Shown here piece after piece: positions 16,915 through 24,760 of a stretch of 32,906 bases of DNA. The notes below the pieces were generated by a model. It was not told the DNA's origin. It saw nothing but the letters and a program-made list of their open reading frames with translations, and did not search any database. The DNA lies in the NCBI GenBank assembly GCA_964547385.1, contig CAZJNB010000001.1, positions 1 through 32,906 on the forward strand, written 5' to 3'. The stretch's first letter is position 1, and every line of letters starts with the position of its first letter. The stretch is from an uncultured bacterium (GTDB lineage: Bacteria > RBG-13-66-14 > B26-G2 > WVWN01). A program made the position numbers and the translations under genes.

Positions 16915-16942
16915 ATTATATACCAAGAAGGCCGGAAGTCAA
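16915..16942 (-). promoter_or_regulatory. Near-consensus sigma70 promoter (TTGACT - 16 nt - TATAAT) driving the valS leader
   Basis: The minus strand reads taaagcccTTGACTtccggccttcttggtaTATAATattacctgATG. Confidence 0.65.
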
Positions 16943-17075
16943 GGGCTTTATACCACCCCGGCGCGCGAGGAAAGGACAACGTATCGCCCGACGAGGAGGT
17001 AACGCGCTCGCGGACGGCGACAACGGCTTGGGTAAGGTTATTTTCCCGGGCCGGCCCCGTCGCCCGAACCTTTGA

Positions 17076-17104
17076 TTGACACGAACGTTCCATTTATTTA
17101 TTAT
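17076..17104 (+). promoter_or_regulatory. Sigma70-like promoter (TTGACA - 17 nt - TATTAT), divergent from the valS promoter
   Basis: TTGACA at 17076-17081 and TATTAT at 17099-17104, about 30 nt upstream of GTG 17134. Confidence 0.6.
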
Positions 17105-17133
17105 AACGATTCGAAAGGGGGCCTGCGACACTC

Positions 17134-18420
17134 GTGGAACGGCAACTCCAAAACTTAATCCGCACGGACTTCAACCGGCTCCTCGCCCGGGAGCGGCTCG
17201 ATTGCTCCGCCGCGGTCGAGAAGTTAATCTTCGTCCAATCGGTCGAGGGCCACGCTCACAACGGCCACGGCGAGTTCCGCCAACGGCGCTTCGTGGACGT
17301 TACCATCGCGGACGTGGTCCGGGCGGTGGGCCTCGACGCGGCCGCCGCCAAACGTGCGCGTCAAAAGCTCATAGACGATATCTTCGCCTGGGCCGAGCGG
17401 GCCATCGCGGACGACGCCCCGGCCGAGCTCGTCGACGATGAAGGCCGACCGCTCCTCACCGTCCCGCTCCTCAAGGGTTTCGAGGTGAACGCCCGGGGAG
17501 TCCTCCACGGCCTTTACGTCGGCGGCCTCCGCGACGACTCGGAAGTCCGCGCCGCGGTGGAGGACGAGCGGCGTATCGCTATCGGCGGCGGCGAGTGTTA
17601 TATTATCGACACCGTGGTAATGCGTAAGATGGGCTTAGACGCCGAGGCCCTCGCGCACGGCGCGCACGCCGCCGAGCTGGAGCGATATCGCGAGGAGGGT
17701 TTGATCGTCGAGCTGGCGGCGGCGGAAGTGGACGACGACCGTTACCGCTACTTCTATATCCGCCACCGCGTAGGCCCGGGCCACTCGGACGACGCCGCGG
17801 TCGTTTTCGCCGCCCGGCTCTGGGGCCGGGGTTGCGGCCTGGGCGTATTCCTGGCGGACGCCATCGATACCCTCGAGAAATACGCGGAGAAATACGCCGA
17901 CCAGGACGGCGAGCTGAGCCGCCGCATCGCGGCCTCGGCCCTGTTCGAGCCGTCGTGGGAACGGGACCTAAAGGACCTGGTCTACCTCGCCGCGGTGCCG
18001 GAGGACGATAACGACGAGGTCCCGGATTCGTCGCTGCGGTATTTCTTACGTATTGACGCCGAAGCCGGCCGATGTGCGCTCCAGAACCACCTCGACTTCA
18101 TCGCCGGCGGGGCCACGGCGCCGATGCTCTTGGGCTTCGACCGCGTGCTCAGCACACGGTTCTACCGGTGGGTTCACAAGCGGCTTGCCGCGTACGAAGG
18201 GGAACGGGCCGAGGAAGCGGCGCCGGTCCTCGAGACGATGGCCGGCGTCGTCGAACGCAACTTCCTCACGGTGAGCGTGGACGACTCGCCGGCGAAGGTG
18301 GCCGAGGCCTTTGCGACGTCGAGCGCGGAGGTAGCGGTGGTAGTGGACGGCGACGGCCGCGTGGTCGGGACGATACGCGCGGCCGACATCCTTCGATTTT
18401 TGTGGGGCCGGCGGCGATGA
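17134..18420 (+). CDS. Hypothetical protein: unrecognised N-terminal region of about 370 aa plus a single C-terminal CBS motif
   Basis: 428-aa ORF. The C-terminus NFLTVSVDDSPAKVAEAFATSSAEVAVVVDGDGRVVGTIRAADILRFL is CBS-like. I recognise no motif in the rest. Its codon usage resembles that of its neighbours, and an ATGA overlap couples it to the next gene. Confidence 0.6.
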   Translation: MERQLQNLIRTDFNRLLARERLDCSAAVEKLIFVQSVEGHAHNGHGEFRQRRFVDVTIADVVRAVGLDAAAAKRARQKLIDDIFAWAERAIADDAPAELVDDEGRPLLTVPLLKGFEVNARGVLHGLYVGGLRDDSEVRAAVEDERRIAIGGGECYIIDTVVMRKMGLDAEALAHGAHAAELERYREEGLIVELAAAEVDDDRYRYFYIRHRVGPGHSDDAAVVFAARLWGRGCGLGVFLADAIDTLEKYAEKYADQDGELSRRIAASALFEPSWERDLKDLVYLAAVPEDDNDEVPDSSLRYFLRIDAEAGRCALQNHLDFIAGGATAPMLLGFDRVLSTRFYRWVHKRLAAYEGERAEEAAPVLETMAGVVERNFLTVSVDDSPAKVAEAFATSSAEVAVVVDGDGRVVGTIRAADILRFLWGRRR

Positions 18421-18878
18421 TCCAACGCGAGGAGCTGAAAGCCAACCGCCTTTTCCGCGAGTTCGCCGCCGAGGAGCTCGACCTGGTTCGGGTCGTAACG
18501 GAGGAGAGCGTTTTTTCGGACGGCGACCTCATCATCGAGGAGGGGACGGCGGGCGAGCGTCTCTACTTAATCGCCGAGGGGAAGTGTTCGGTAACGACCC
18601 AAATCGCGGGCGCCGGTACCGAAGAGATCAAGCTGATGGAACCGGGCGACTTTTTCGGCGAGATGTCTCTTTTGGAAGCGGTGCCCGTCTCGGCCTCGGT
18701 CTACGCGCGCGGCCGCTGTCGCCTCCTGTGGATCGACCGCAAAGCGTTCGACCGGCTTATTGACGAGGATATGCCCATCGCGAACAAATTGCTCCTGGCT
18801 ATTATCGCGGCGTTCTGCGAACGCACCCGCGATACCAGCCGCAAGATCGAGAGCTATTATAAGATGAGTAAGTTTTAA
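18417..18878 (+). CDS. Stand-alone cyclic-nucleotide-binding (CAP/Crp effector-type) domain protein
   Basis: ATG 18417 overlaps the upstream TGA. The protein has LFREFAAEELDLV..., GDLIIEEGTAGERLYLIAEG, PGDFFGEMSLL and WIDRKAF. It is about 153 aa with no DNA-binding or other output domain. The track ORF start at 18072 is inside the upstream gene. Confidence 0.75.
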   Translation: MIQREELKANRLFREFAAEELDLVRVVTEESVFSDGDLIIEEGTAGERLYLIAEGKCSVTTQIAGAGTEEIKLMEPGDFFGEMSLLEAVPVSASVYARGRCRLLWIDRKAFDRLIDEDMPIANKLLLAIIAAFCERTRDTSRKIESYYKMSKF

Positions 18879-19351
18879 TGGCGAAGGCGGATAAGAAGCT
18901 GAAAACGCTCGCCCGCTGTAACCTCTTCAAGACCTTACCGCAGGAGGGGTTGGCGTTGGCCGCGGCGGCGTGCGTCGAAGGCAACGCCAAAGAAGGCGAG
19001 GCGATCGTCGTCGAGGGCACGCCGGCGGATGCGCTCTACGTCGTCGTCGCCGGCCAAGTAGACTATGTCAAACGCGTGGACGCGCAACGCGGCCTCGTCA
19101 TCTCCCGCTGGCGCGAGGGCGACGTCTTCGGCCTGAACGCGCTTATGGACGGCGCGGGACATATAGCTTCCGCCCTCGCGACGACGGCCGTCAAATACCT
19201 CCAACTGCCGGCGGAAGATTTTCGTAAGTTGTGCGCCGCGGACCCGGTCTACGAACACCGCATCCTAACGCAGATGATATTGCTCCAGAGCAGTCGCCTC
19301 CGCCACGTTACGGATCGCCTGCGGGAATTTTTAGTAAAAATCCTCAAGTGA
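18878..19351 (+). CDS. Second stand-alone cyclic-nucleotide-binding domain protein
   Basis: NLFKTLPQEGLALAAAACVEGNAKEGEAIVVEGTPADALYVVVAGQV, GDVFGLNALM and LQLPAEDFRKL. 157 aa, coupled to the upstream gene by a TAATG overlap. Confidence 0.75.
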   Translation: MAKADKKLKTLARCNLFKTLPQEGLALAAAACVEGNAKEGEAIVVEGTPADALYVVVAGQVDYVKRVDAQRGLVISRWREGDVFGLNALMDGAGHIASALATTAVKYLQLPAEDFRKLCAADPVYEHRILTQMILLQSSRLRHVTDRLREFLVKILK

Positions 19352-19367
19352 CATTCTGCGAGGGGTT

Positions 19368-20900
19368 GTGCGGAAAACCGACGTAATCCTAATTATCGTC
19401 GCCGCGGCCGTCTTGGCGGCCTATATGTTATATATGGGCCCGCTCTACCGGGACGACACCTTTATCTCGTTTCGTTACGCCCGGAACCTGGTGGCGGGGC
19501 ACGGCCTGGTATATAACGTCGGCGAACGGGTGGAGGGTTATACAAACTTTCTATGGACGATGTTCGCCGCGGCGGCGATCGCGGCCGGCCATAAGCCCGA
19601 AACGGCGGCGTTGGCGGCGGCCCGGCTGGCGGCGCTGGTTTCGGTCGCCCTTACCTACGTCGTGGCGCGCCGGCACCTCGGCGCGCCGCGATTCTTCGCG
19701 TTCGCCGGGGCGGCACTCGTCGCGGCCAACGGCTCCTTCGCCTCCGAGGCCGAGGGCGCGATGGAGACGGCGCTCTTCGCCGCCCTCATCGTCGGCGGCG
19801 TCCTGCTCGCGCTTGACGAGGACGCCCGGCCGCGGCGGATATACTGGTCGTCGGTGGTATGGGCCGCGGCGGCGCTCACGCGGCCGGAAGGCGTTATGGT
19901 CTTCGTCCTCGTCTCGGGCTACCGTCTCGCGTGGCCGGCGCCGGCGCACCGAGGCCGACGCCGGGCGCTGGCGGCGCGGCTGGTCGCGCCGTTCGTGCTT
20001 ATCTACGCGCCGTATTACGTCTGGCGCTTCGCGTATTACGGCTATCCCTTTCCGAACACGTTTTACGCCAAGGTGGGCGCGAGCTGGGCGACGGTCGGCC
20101 GGGGCCTCGACTACGTCGGCAGGTTCGCGTGGAAGTTCACGCCGGTCCTCTTCGCGTTGCCGCTGTTGGGCCTCGCGGACGGCGCCCGGCGCCGTAATTA
20201 CGGCCTATTAATAGTAGTCGCCTACGCCTACTTGCTCTACGTCGTTGCGGTAGGCGGCGATTACTTAGAGCAGGAGCGTTTCGTAATATATATCTTTCCC
20301 CTGCTGGCGACGGCCGGCGCGGCCGCGGCCGGGTGGCTCGGGCGGCGGCGACGCGGCCGCCGGGTTTTGCGGTGGGCGGCGCCGGCGGCGTTTGCCTTCT
20401 TACTATTACTCCAGACGCGTGCGTTTTTCGTACGTCCCAGAGGCCTGGCGCACGCCCGCGATACTATCTCCCAACACCGCGCCGCGGGGCTATGGTTGAA
20501 GTCAACCGCGGCGCCGGACGACGTTCTGGTCATAGGGCCGGCGGGTATCGTTCCTTATTATGCCGAGTTGCGGACGTACGATACTATCGGCATCGTCGTC
20601 CCGGCGATCGCCCACGAGGAGGTCGCCGGTATGGGGACCGGGATGGCCGGCCACGAGAAGGGCGATGGCGCGGTCCTATTGGCCAAGAACCCGCGTTATA
20701 TCCTAATCGTGGATACGTTCCTCCGCGAATTACCGCTGAGCCTCCCGACGGTCCGCGGCCTGGCCCGTTACAAAGGCGACGTCGAGATGTTGAACGACGC
20801 CACGTTCGACGTACGGTATCAGCTTAAACATCAACGCCTGAGCGAAAAGTGTTGGTTAAATTATTTCGAAAGGCGCGCGGCCCCGACGCCGCGGCGGTAA
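19368..20900 (+). CDS. GT-C-like polytopic membrane glycosyltransferase candidate (ArnT/PMT/arabinofuranosyltransferase-like)
   Basis: 510 aa with about 10 or more hydrophobic helices. The first-loop motif YRDDTFISFRYARNLVAGHGLVYNVGERVEGYTNFLW is typical of a widespread family of GT-C-like membrane proteins. GTG start preceded by GAGGGG. Confidence 0.5.
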   Translation: MRKTDVILIIVAAAVLAAYMLYMGPLYRDDTFISFRYARNLVAGHGLVYNVGERVEGYTNFLWTMFAAAAIAAGHKPETAALAAARLAALVSVALTYVVARRHLGAPRFFAFAGAALVAANGSFASEAEGAMETALFAALIVGGVLLALDEDARPRRIYWSSVVWAAAALTRPEGVMVFVLVSGYRLAWPAPAHRGRRRALAARLVAPFVLIYAPYYVWRFAYYGYPFPNTFYAKVGASWATVGRGLDYVGRFAWKFTPVLFALPLLGLADGARRRNYGLLIVVAYAYLLYVVAVGGDYLEQERFVIYIFPLLATAGAAAAGWLGRRRRGRRVLRWAAPAAFAFLLLLQTRAFFVRPRGLAHARDTISQHRAAGLWLKSTAAPDDVLVIGPAGIVPYYAELRTYDTIGIVVPAIAHEEVAGMGTGMAGHEKGDGAVLLAKNPRYILIVDTFLRELPLSLPTVRGLARYKGDVEMLNDATFDVRYQLKHQRLSEKCWLNYFERRAAPTPRR

Positions 20901-21727
20901 CGGAAAGGCCTACGGACCGGGGTAACCACAGCTCGCGCCCGGGGCGCCGGGCCGCCCGCCGCCGTTCGCCGGCGCGGGATTACGCCGAGGCGGTCCTGGT
21001 CGCGGTCGTCGTCGCCTTCGCCCTCCGGGCGTTCGTCGCGCAGGCGTTCAAGATCCCGTCCGGCTCGATGAAGCCAACGCTCCTCGTCGGCGATTATATT
21101 GTCGTCGATAAGCTGAGCTACCGCTTTCGGCCGCCGTTGCGCGGCGACGTCATCGTTTTCAAATATCCGCGGCAAGATAACGACATAACGCTCGCGAAGT
21201 GGTTTCGGGAATTCTACGAGCTCGTCGTGCACCGGCGCCGCGTTCCCCGCCACGACTACGTAAAACGCGTCGTCGGCGCGCCCGGCGACGTGGTTTTAGC
21301 CGCCGGCGGAACGGTCTTCGTGAACGGCGAGCCGCTGGAAGAGAGTTACCTCCGCGGCGCCGCCAGCGACGACTTCGGACCGTTTAAGGTGCCCGCGGCT
21401 TCCTACTTCGTCCTGGGCGATAGTCGGGCCTCCCGCCGCGACAGCCGTTATTGGGGTTTCGTCCCCCGGCGCTTGGTCCGGGGGCGGGTGATATTGGTCT
21501 ATTGGTCCTGGATCCCGGCGTATTGCCCCCGACACCGCTCGCGCATCGAACGATTATATCAGGTGCGATTGGCGGGCACGACCGCCCGAGAGAAGCCGGC
21601 GCCGGTTCGTTACGTCTGCGATGCCGGCGGCGAGACGCTGGTCGACGGCGAAGATGTCCGCCTCGCGAAATGGTACGAGCTCTGGCGGCATGTCCGTTGG
21701 CGGCGCGTAATGTCCGCGGTAAAGTGA
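20849..21727 (+). CDS. lepB: Signal peptidase I with C-terminal extension of about 70 aa
   Basis: IPSGSMKPTL (catalytic Ser box), RGDVIVFKYP, YVKRVVGAPGD, YFVLGDSRASRRDSRYWGFVP. The only in-frame start candidates are GTG 20849 and TTG 20852, giving an overlap of about 50 nt with the upstream gene. Confidence 0.85.
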   Translation: MLVKLFRKARGPDAAAVTERPTDRGNHSSRPGRRAARRRSPARDYAEAVLVAVVVAFALRAFVAQAFKIPSGSMKPTLLVGDYIVVDKLSYRFRPPLRGDVIVFKYPRQDNDITLAKWFREFYELVVHRRRVPRHDYVKRVVGAPGDVVLAAGGTVFVNGEPLEESYLRGAASDDFGPFKVPAASYFVLGDSRASRRDSRYWGFVPRRLVRGRVILVYWSWIPAYCPRHRSRIERLYQVRLAGTTAREKPAPVRYVCDAGGETLVDGEDVRLAKWYELWRHVRWRRVMSAVK

Positions 21728-24384
21728 CGCCGGCCCGGGTGCCGGCCGCAACCCCCGATAATTTGAATATCAGGACGCTCGCGCTAAGTTTATTATTCGC
21801 CGGTCCGGCGCTTGTGCCGGCGGCGTTCGCGACCGTGCTGGAGGACCCGGATAAGGGCGAAGTAGGCGATTTCTACCAGTTCGTCTCGCCGGCGGCGGGC
21901 GAGGAACCCTCCACGGCCCGGCAGGAGGGCGCGGCGTGGGTCGCTACCGTCCGCGCCGAACGGGGAATCGAGGCGCCGCTCCGGCCCGAGACCGCGAGCG
22001 AGGCCCGGGCGGAGCTGGAGGAACCGCCGCTGGCCGCCGACGAAGTCCGCTTTGGCGTGGACGAAGAGGAGGGTTGGATAGAGTATCTCATCCAAGACGA
22101 TACGGTATCGTTATACCGCGGCGCTAGCGTCTCCTACCACGATATGACCCTTACCGCCGACCGCATCCGCTTCTACTCGGGCCGGGACCTGGTCATCGCC
22201 GAGGGCTATTGCGAGCTCAAGGACCCGAACCAGACGATGTTAGGCGTGCGTATGTCCTACGACCTGGAGAACGAGAAAGGCGTGGTCCTGAGAGGGGATG
22301 CCGAGTCGGCGCAAGGTTACTACCGCGGCGCACGGATTAAGAAAATCGAGGAGAAGACCTTCGCGGCGCAACGAGGCTCGTTCACGACCTGCGACCTGGG
22401 ACACCCTCACTACCACTTCTGGTCGCCGCGGCTGAAAATCTACGCCGAGGACAAGGTCGTGGCCCGCCCGGCGGTCCTCTTCGCGGGCGAAGTCCCGGTG
22501 GCCGCGGCGCCCTTCTTCTTCTTCTCGCTCCGCCGCGAACGCCACTCCGGCTTCCTGCCGCCCTATATCCGCTACTACCGCTCCGGCGAATTCGAGGTCA
22601 ACAACGGCTATTACTGGGTATGGAACGACTTTAGCGACGCGACGTTTCTCCTCGACTACGACGCCACCAAGGGTTGGAAGAAAAGCGCGAATATCGTCTA
22701 TCTCTACGGCAGCCGCTCCACCGTCAACAACTTCTACGCCAGCCATATGCGCCAGCGGAACACCGCGACCGAGTGGTGGAAGATATACGCCACCCACCGC
22801 CAGGACTTCTCCGATTCCTGTGCCGGCCTCCTCAAGCTCGACCTCCGCAACAGCACCGCTTACGACGACTATCTCGAGCCGGAATTCGAGATCCGGACCG
22901 AGCAAGATTTGGAATCCTTCGCGAATATTTCGCAAAATTGGGACGACTACCAGCTCTCCGTCGAGGCGCGCCACACCAAGGTAAAGGCCACCGAGGCCGC
23001 CCAGGGAACCTCCGGCGTATCGATGTCCACCGTCCCCGGCCACGAAGTCGAGCCCTTCGGCGGCACCATCCAACGCACGTCCGACCCCTTCCCCCGCATC
23101 CTGTTCTACGCCAAACGCCAGGAGCTCGCCGAGACCCGCTTCTACTACCAATACAACGCCAACGCCGTCAACTACTATGACTTCGACGAGAACGAGTCCG
23201 TCCTCAAACAGAGCACCGTCGACTTGAGCATCTCCCGTCCCCTCTCCCTCTTCCGCTACTTCCGCGTGGACCCGGCGGCGAACGGCCACGAGAACTGGTA
23301 CGACCGCGACCGCTTCGGCCCGAACAACCGCTTCCTCACTACGTGGGATACCTCCGTCGGCCTCTCGACCAAGGTCTACGGCATCTTCGAGCGCGGCGAG
23401 ACCGTCTTCCGCCACATCGTCAACCCTACCGTTACGCATTCCTACCGGCCCGAGATCGACCAGACGTGGATGCTCTCCGGCGGCGCGGTCCAGGAGGAGC
23501 AGAACTCGCTGGCCCTCGCGCTCCGTCAGAGCTTCGACGTGAAGTTCCCGGAAAAGAAAGAGGAAGAGAAGCCGCCCGAGGCCGAGAAGGGGCCCGCGCG
23601 CTCCTGGGAGGATATCTACCGGCCGTCGCGCACCGGTTACCGCGGCCCCCGCGGCCGGAGCGTCGGCGAACAGCGGCGCGCCGCCACGACCGGAAAAGTC
23701 GTCAACCTCGCCCAGTGGGATACTTCCACGAGCTACGACCTCGGGCCCCTCGGCGCCCCGGGGCAACGCCGCTTCGGCGACCTTAAAAATACGCTCGAGG
23801 TTACGCCCAACCTCGCCGATTGGTATTTCGCCTCCACCCGGCTCGACTTTCGCAACGACTTCTACGACCTCTCGCTACTCGACTTCGACGTAACGACGAC
23901 CTTTTCGGTGAGCTCCGCGGCCCGCCGGGCGCAAAAGGATAAAGACGTCGACCAGTCGTGGCGTAACGCCACCGACCCTTACGGCACGCCCCGCGCCCCC
24001 GGCGACGAAGACCTCGACCCCGACGTCTATAACATAGATACGATAACAGGCCGGCGCTACCAGGCCGGCGAGGGTATGGGCCAGGGGTGGACCCTCTCCC
24101 TCACCCATGACTACAATTGGTCCGAATACTCCGGCCTCCATACGCTCAAGGGAGCCTTCTCCTTCGACCTTACGAAGAAGTGGCGTCTCGGTTACGACGC
24201 CTACTACGACATCGAGAAGGGCGAGCTCATAAGCGAGCATTACCGCCTTTTCCGCAACCTCCATCGCTGGGAGGCCGAAGTGCGGATATCTTTCGAAAAC
24301 AAAGAGGTCTTCTACTGGTTCGAGGTCCGGCTCGTAGACATCCCGGAACTCCAGCTCTACGGCTACCGCACGCGGACTTATTAA
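21724..24384 (+). CDS. lptD: LPS-assembly outer-membrane protein LptD (OstA N-terminal domain plus beta-barrel)
   Basis: FTTCDLGHPHYHFWSPRLKIYAEDKVVARPAVLFAGEVPVAAAPFFFFSL is the LptD signature region. The product has a long Tyr/Asp/Asn-rich beta-barrel ending in an aromatic residue. The start is uncertain: GTG 21724 (GTGA overlap with the lepB stop), GTG 21739, or TTG 21763, which gives the signal peptide MNIRTLALSLLFAGPALVPAAFA. The track start at 21451 lies inside lepB. Confidence 0.8.
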   Translation: MTPARVPAATPDNLNIRTLALSLLFAGPALVPAAFATVLEDPDKGEVGDFYQFVSPAAGEEPSTARQEGAAWVATVRAERGIEAPLRPETASEARAELEEPPLAADEVRFGVDEEEGWIEYLIQDDTVSLYRGASVSYHDMTLTADRIRFYSGRDLVIAEGYCELKDPNQTMLGVRMSYDLENEKGVVLRGDAESAQGYYRGARIKKIEEKTFAAQRGSFTTCDLGHPHYHFWSPRLKIYAEDKVVARPAVLFAGEVPVAAAPFFFFSLRRERHSGFLPPYIRYYRSGEFEVNNGYYWVWNDFSDATFLLDYDATKGWKKSANIVYLYGSRSTVNNFYASHMRQRNTATEWWKIYATHRQDFSDSCAGLLKLDLRNSTAYDDYLEPEFEIRTEQDLESFANISQNWDDYQLSVEARHTKVKATEAAQGTSGVSMSTVPGHEVEPFGGTIQRTSDPFPRILFYAKRQELAETRFYYQYNANAVNYYDFDENESVLKQSTVDLSISRPLSLFRYFRVDPAANGHENWYDRDRFGPNNRFLTTWDTSVGLSTKVYGIFERGETVFRHIVNPTVTHSYRPEIDQTWMLSGGAVQEEQNSLALALRQSFDVKFPEKKEEEKPPEAEKGPARSWEDIYRPSRTGYRGPRGRSVGEQRRAATTGKVVNLAQWDTSTSYDLGPLGAPGQRRFGDLKNTLEVTPNLADWYFASTRLDFRNDFYDLSLLDFDVTTTFSVSSAARRAQKDKDVDQSWRNATDPYGTPRAPGDEDLDPDVYNIDTITGRRYQAGEGMGQGWTLSLTHDYNWSEYSGLHTLKGAFSFDLTKKWRLGYDAYYDIEKGELISEHYRLFRNLHRWEAEVRISFENKEVFYWFEVRLVDIPELQLYGYRTRTY

Positions 24385-24401
24385 TAGCACCTAAAAAAGG
24401 C

Positions 24402-24429
24402 TTGACTTTTCCGGATTATCTGTTATATA
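24402..24429 (+). promoter_or_regulatory. Sigma70 promoter with extended -10 (TTGACT - 16 nt - TGtTATATA)
   Basis: TTGACT at 24402-24407 and TGT TATATA at 24421-24429, in an AT-rich patch just after the lptD stop. Confidence 0.6.
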
Positions 24430-24435
24430 TACGCG

Positions 24436-24652
24436 CGAGCTTAAGGGAAGGATAGCGTATATCGCGATGACGATAATAGATTCGACATATCACCGGGCGT
24501 TGCGGCCACGGCGCGTTCGCGTCGACGGTCCGCGGCTTTCCCGGGGCCTGACTCTACCTATTTTCGGGTGGGAAGGCGTACGTCGTTTGTATTGAGGGCT
24601 TATCAAACTCAAGCGGTACGCCGACCCACCGAGGCTAAAACGGTGGGTTTTT
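24436..24652 (+). ncRNA. Unassigned RNA of about 220 nt (stand-alone sRNA or cis-regulatory leader of the ABC-2 transporter)
   Basis: It is bounded by the promoter above and the intrinsic terminator at 24625..24652. It contains several GC-rich hairpins and a 42-codon ORF (24467..24595) that has poor SD spacing. I recognised no match to SRP, 6S, tmRNA, RNase P, or common riboswitch cores. Confidence 0.4.
24625..24652 (+). terminator. Intrinsic terminator (CCCACCG aggctaaaa CGGTGGG TTTTTG)
   Basis: 7-bp GC-rich stem, 9-nt loop and a T5 tract, read directly from the sequence. Confidence 0.7.
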
Positions 24653-24760
24653 GTTATACTTCTTTTCCCGCAAGACACCAAGAAGCCAAATCGCCCCCGA
24701 TAACGGACGATAGGCTGACGCTTAACGACTTTGGAGAATGACGAGAGAGGAGGGGCGAAG

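Noticed and set aside
16707-17441. ORFs 16707..17093(-), 16916..17131(-) and 17076..17441(+) in the valS/17134 divergent region
   Set aside because: They span promoter, terminator and leader elements, are Arg/Pro-rich, and overlap better-supported features.
22240-23766. 508-aa ORF antisense to lptD
   Set aside because: It is a high-GC antisense artefact. LptD signatures are on the plus strand.
24440-24580. Cobalamin riboswitch resemblance (AAGGGAAGG near the 5' end and GGGAAGGC at 24568..24575)
   Set aside because: The other conserved elements (GGUG..AA.UCC, GCCACUG, and the B12 box AGxCAGGA.ACCUGCC) are absent.
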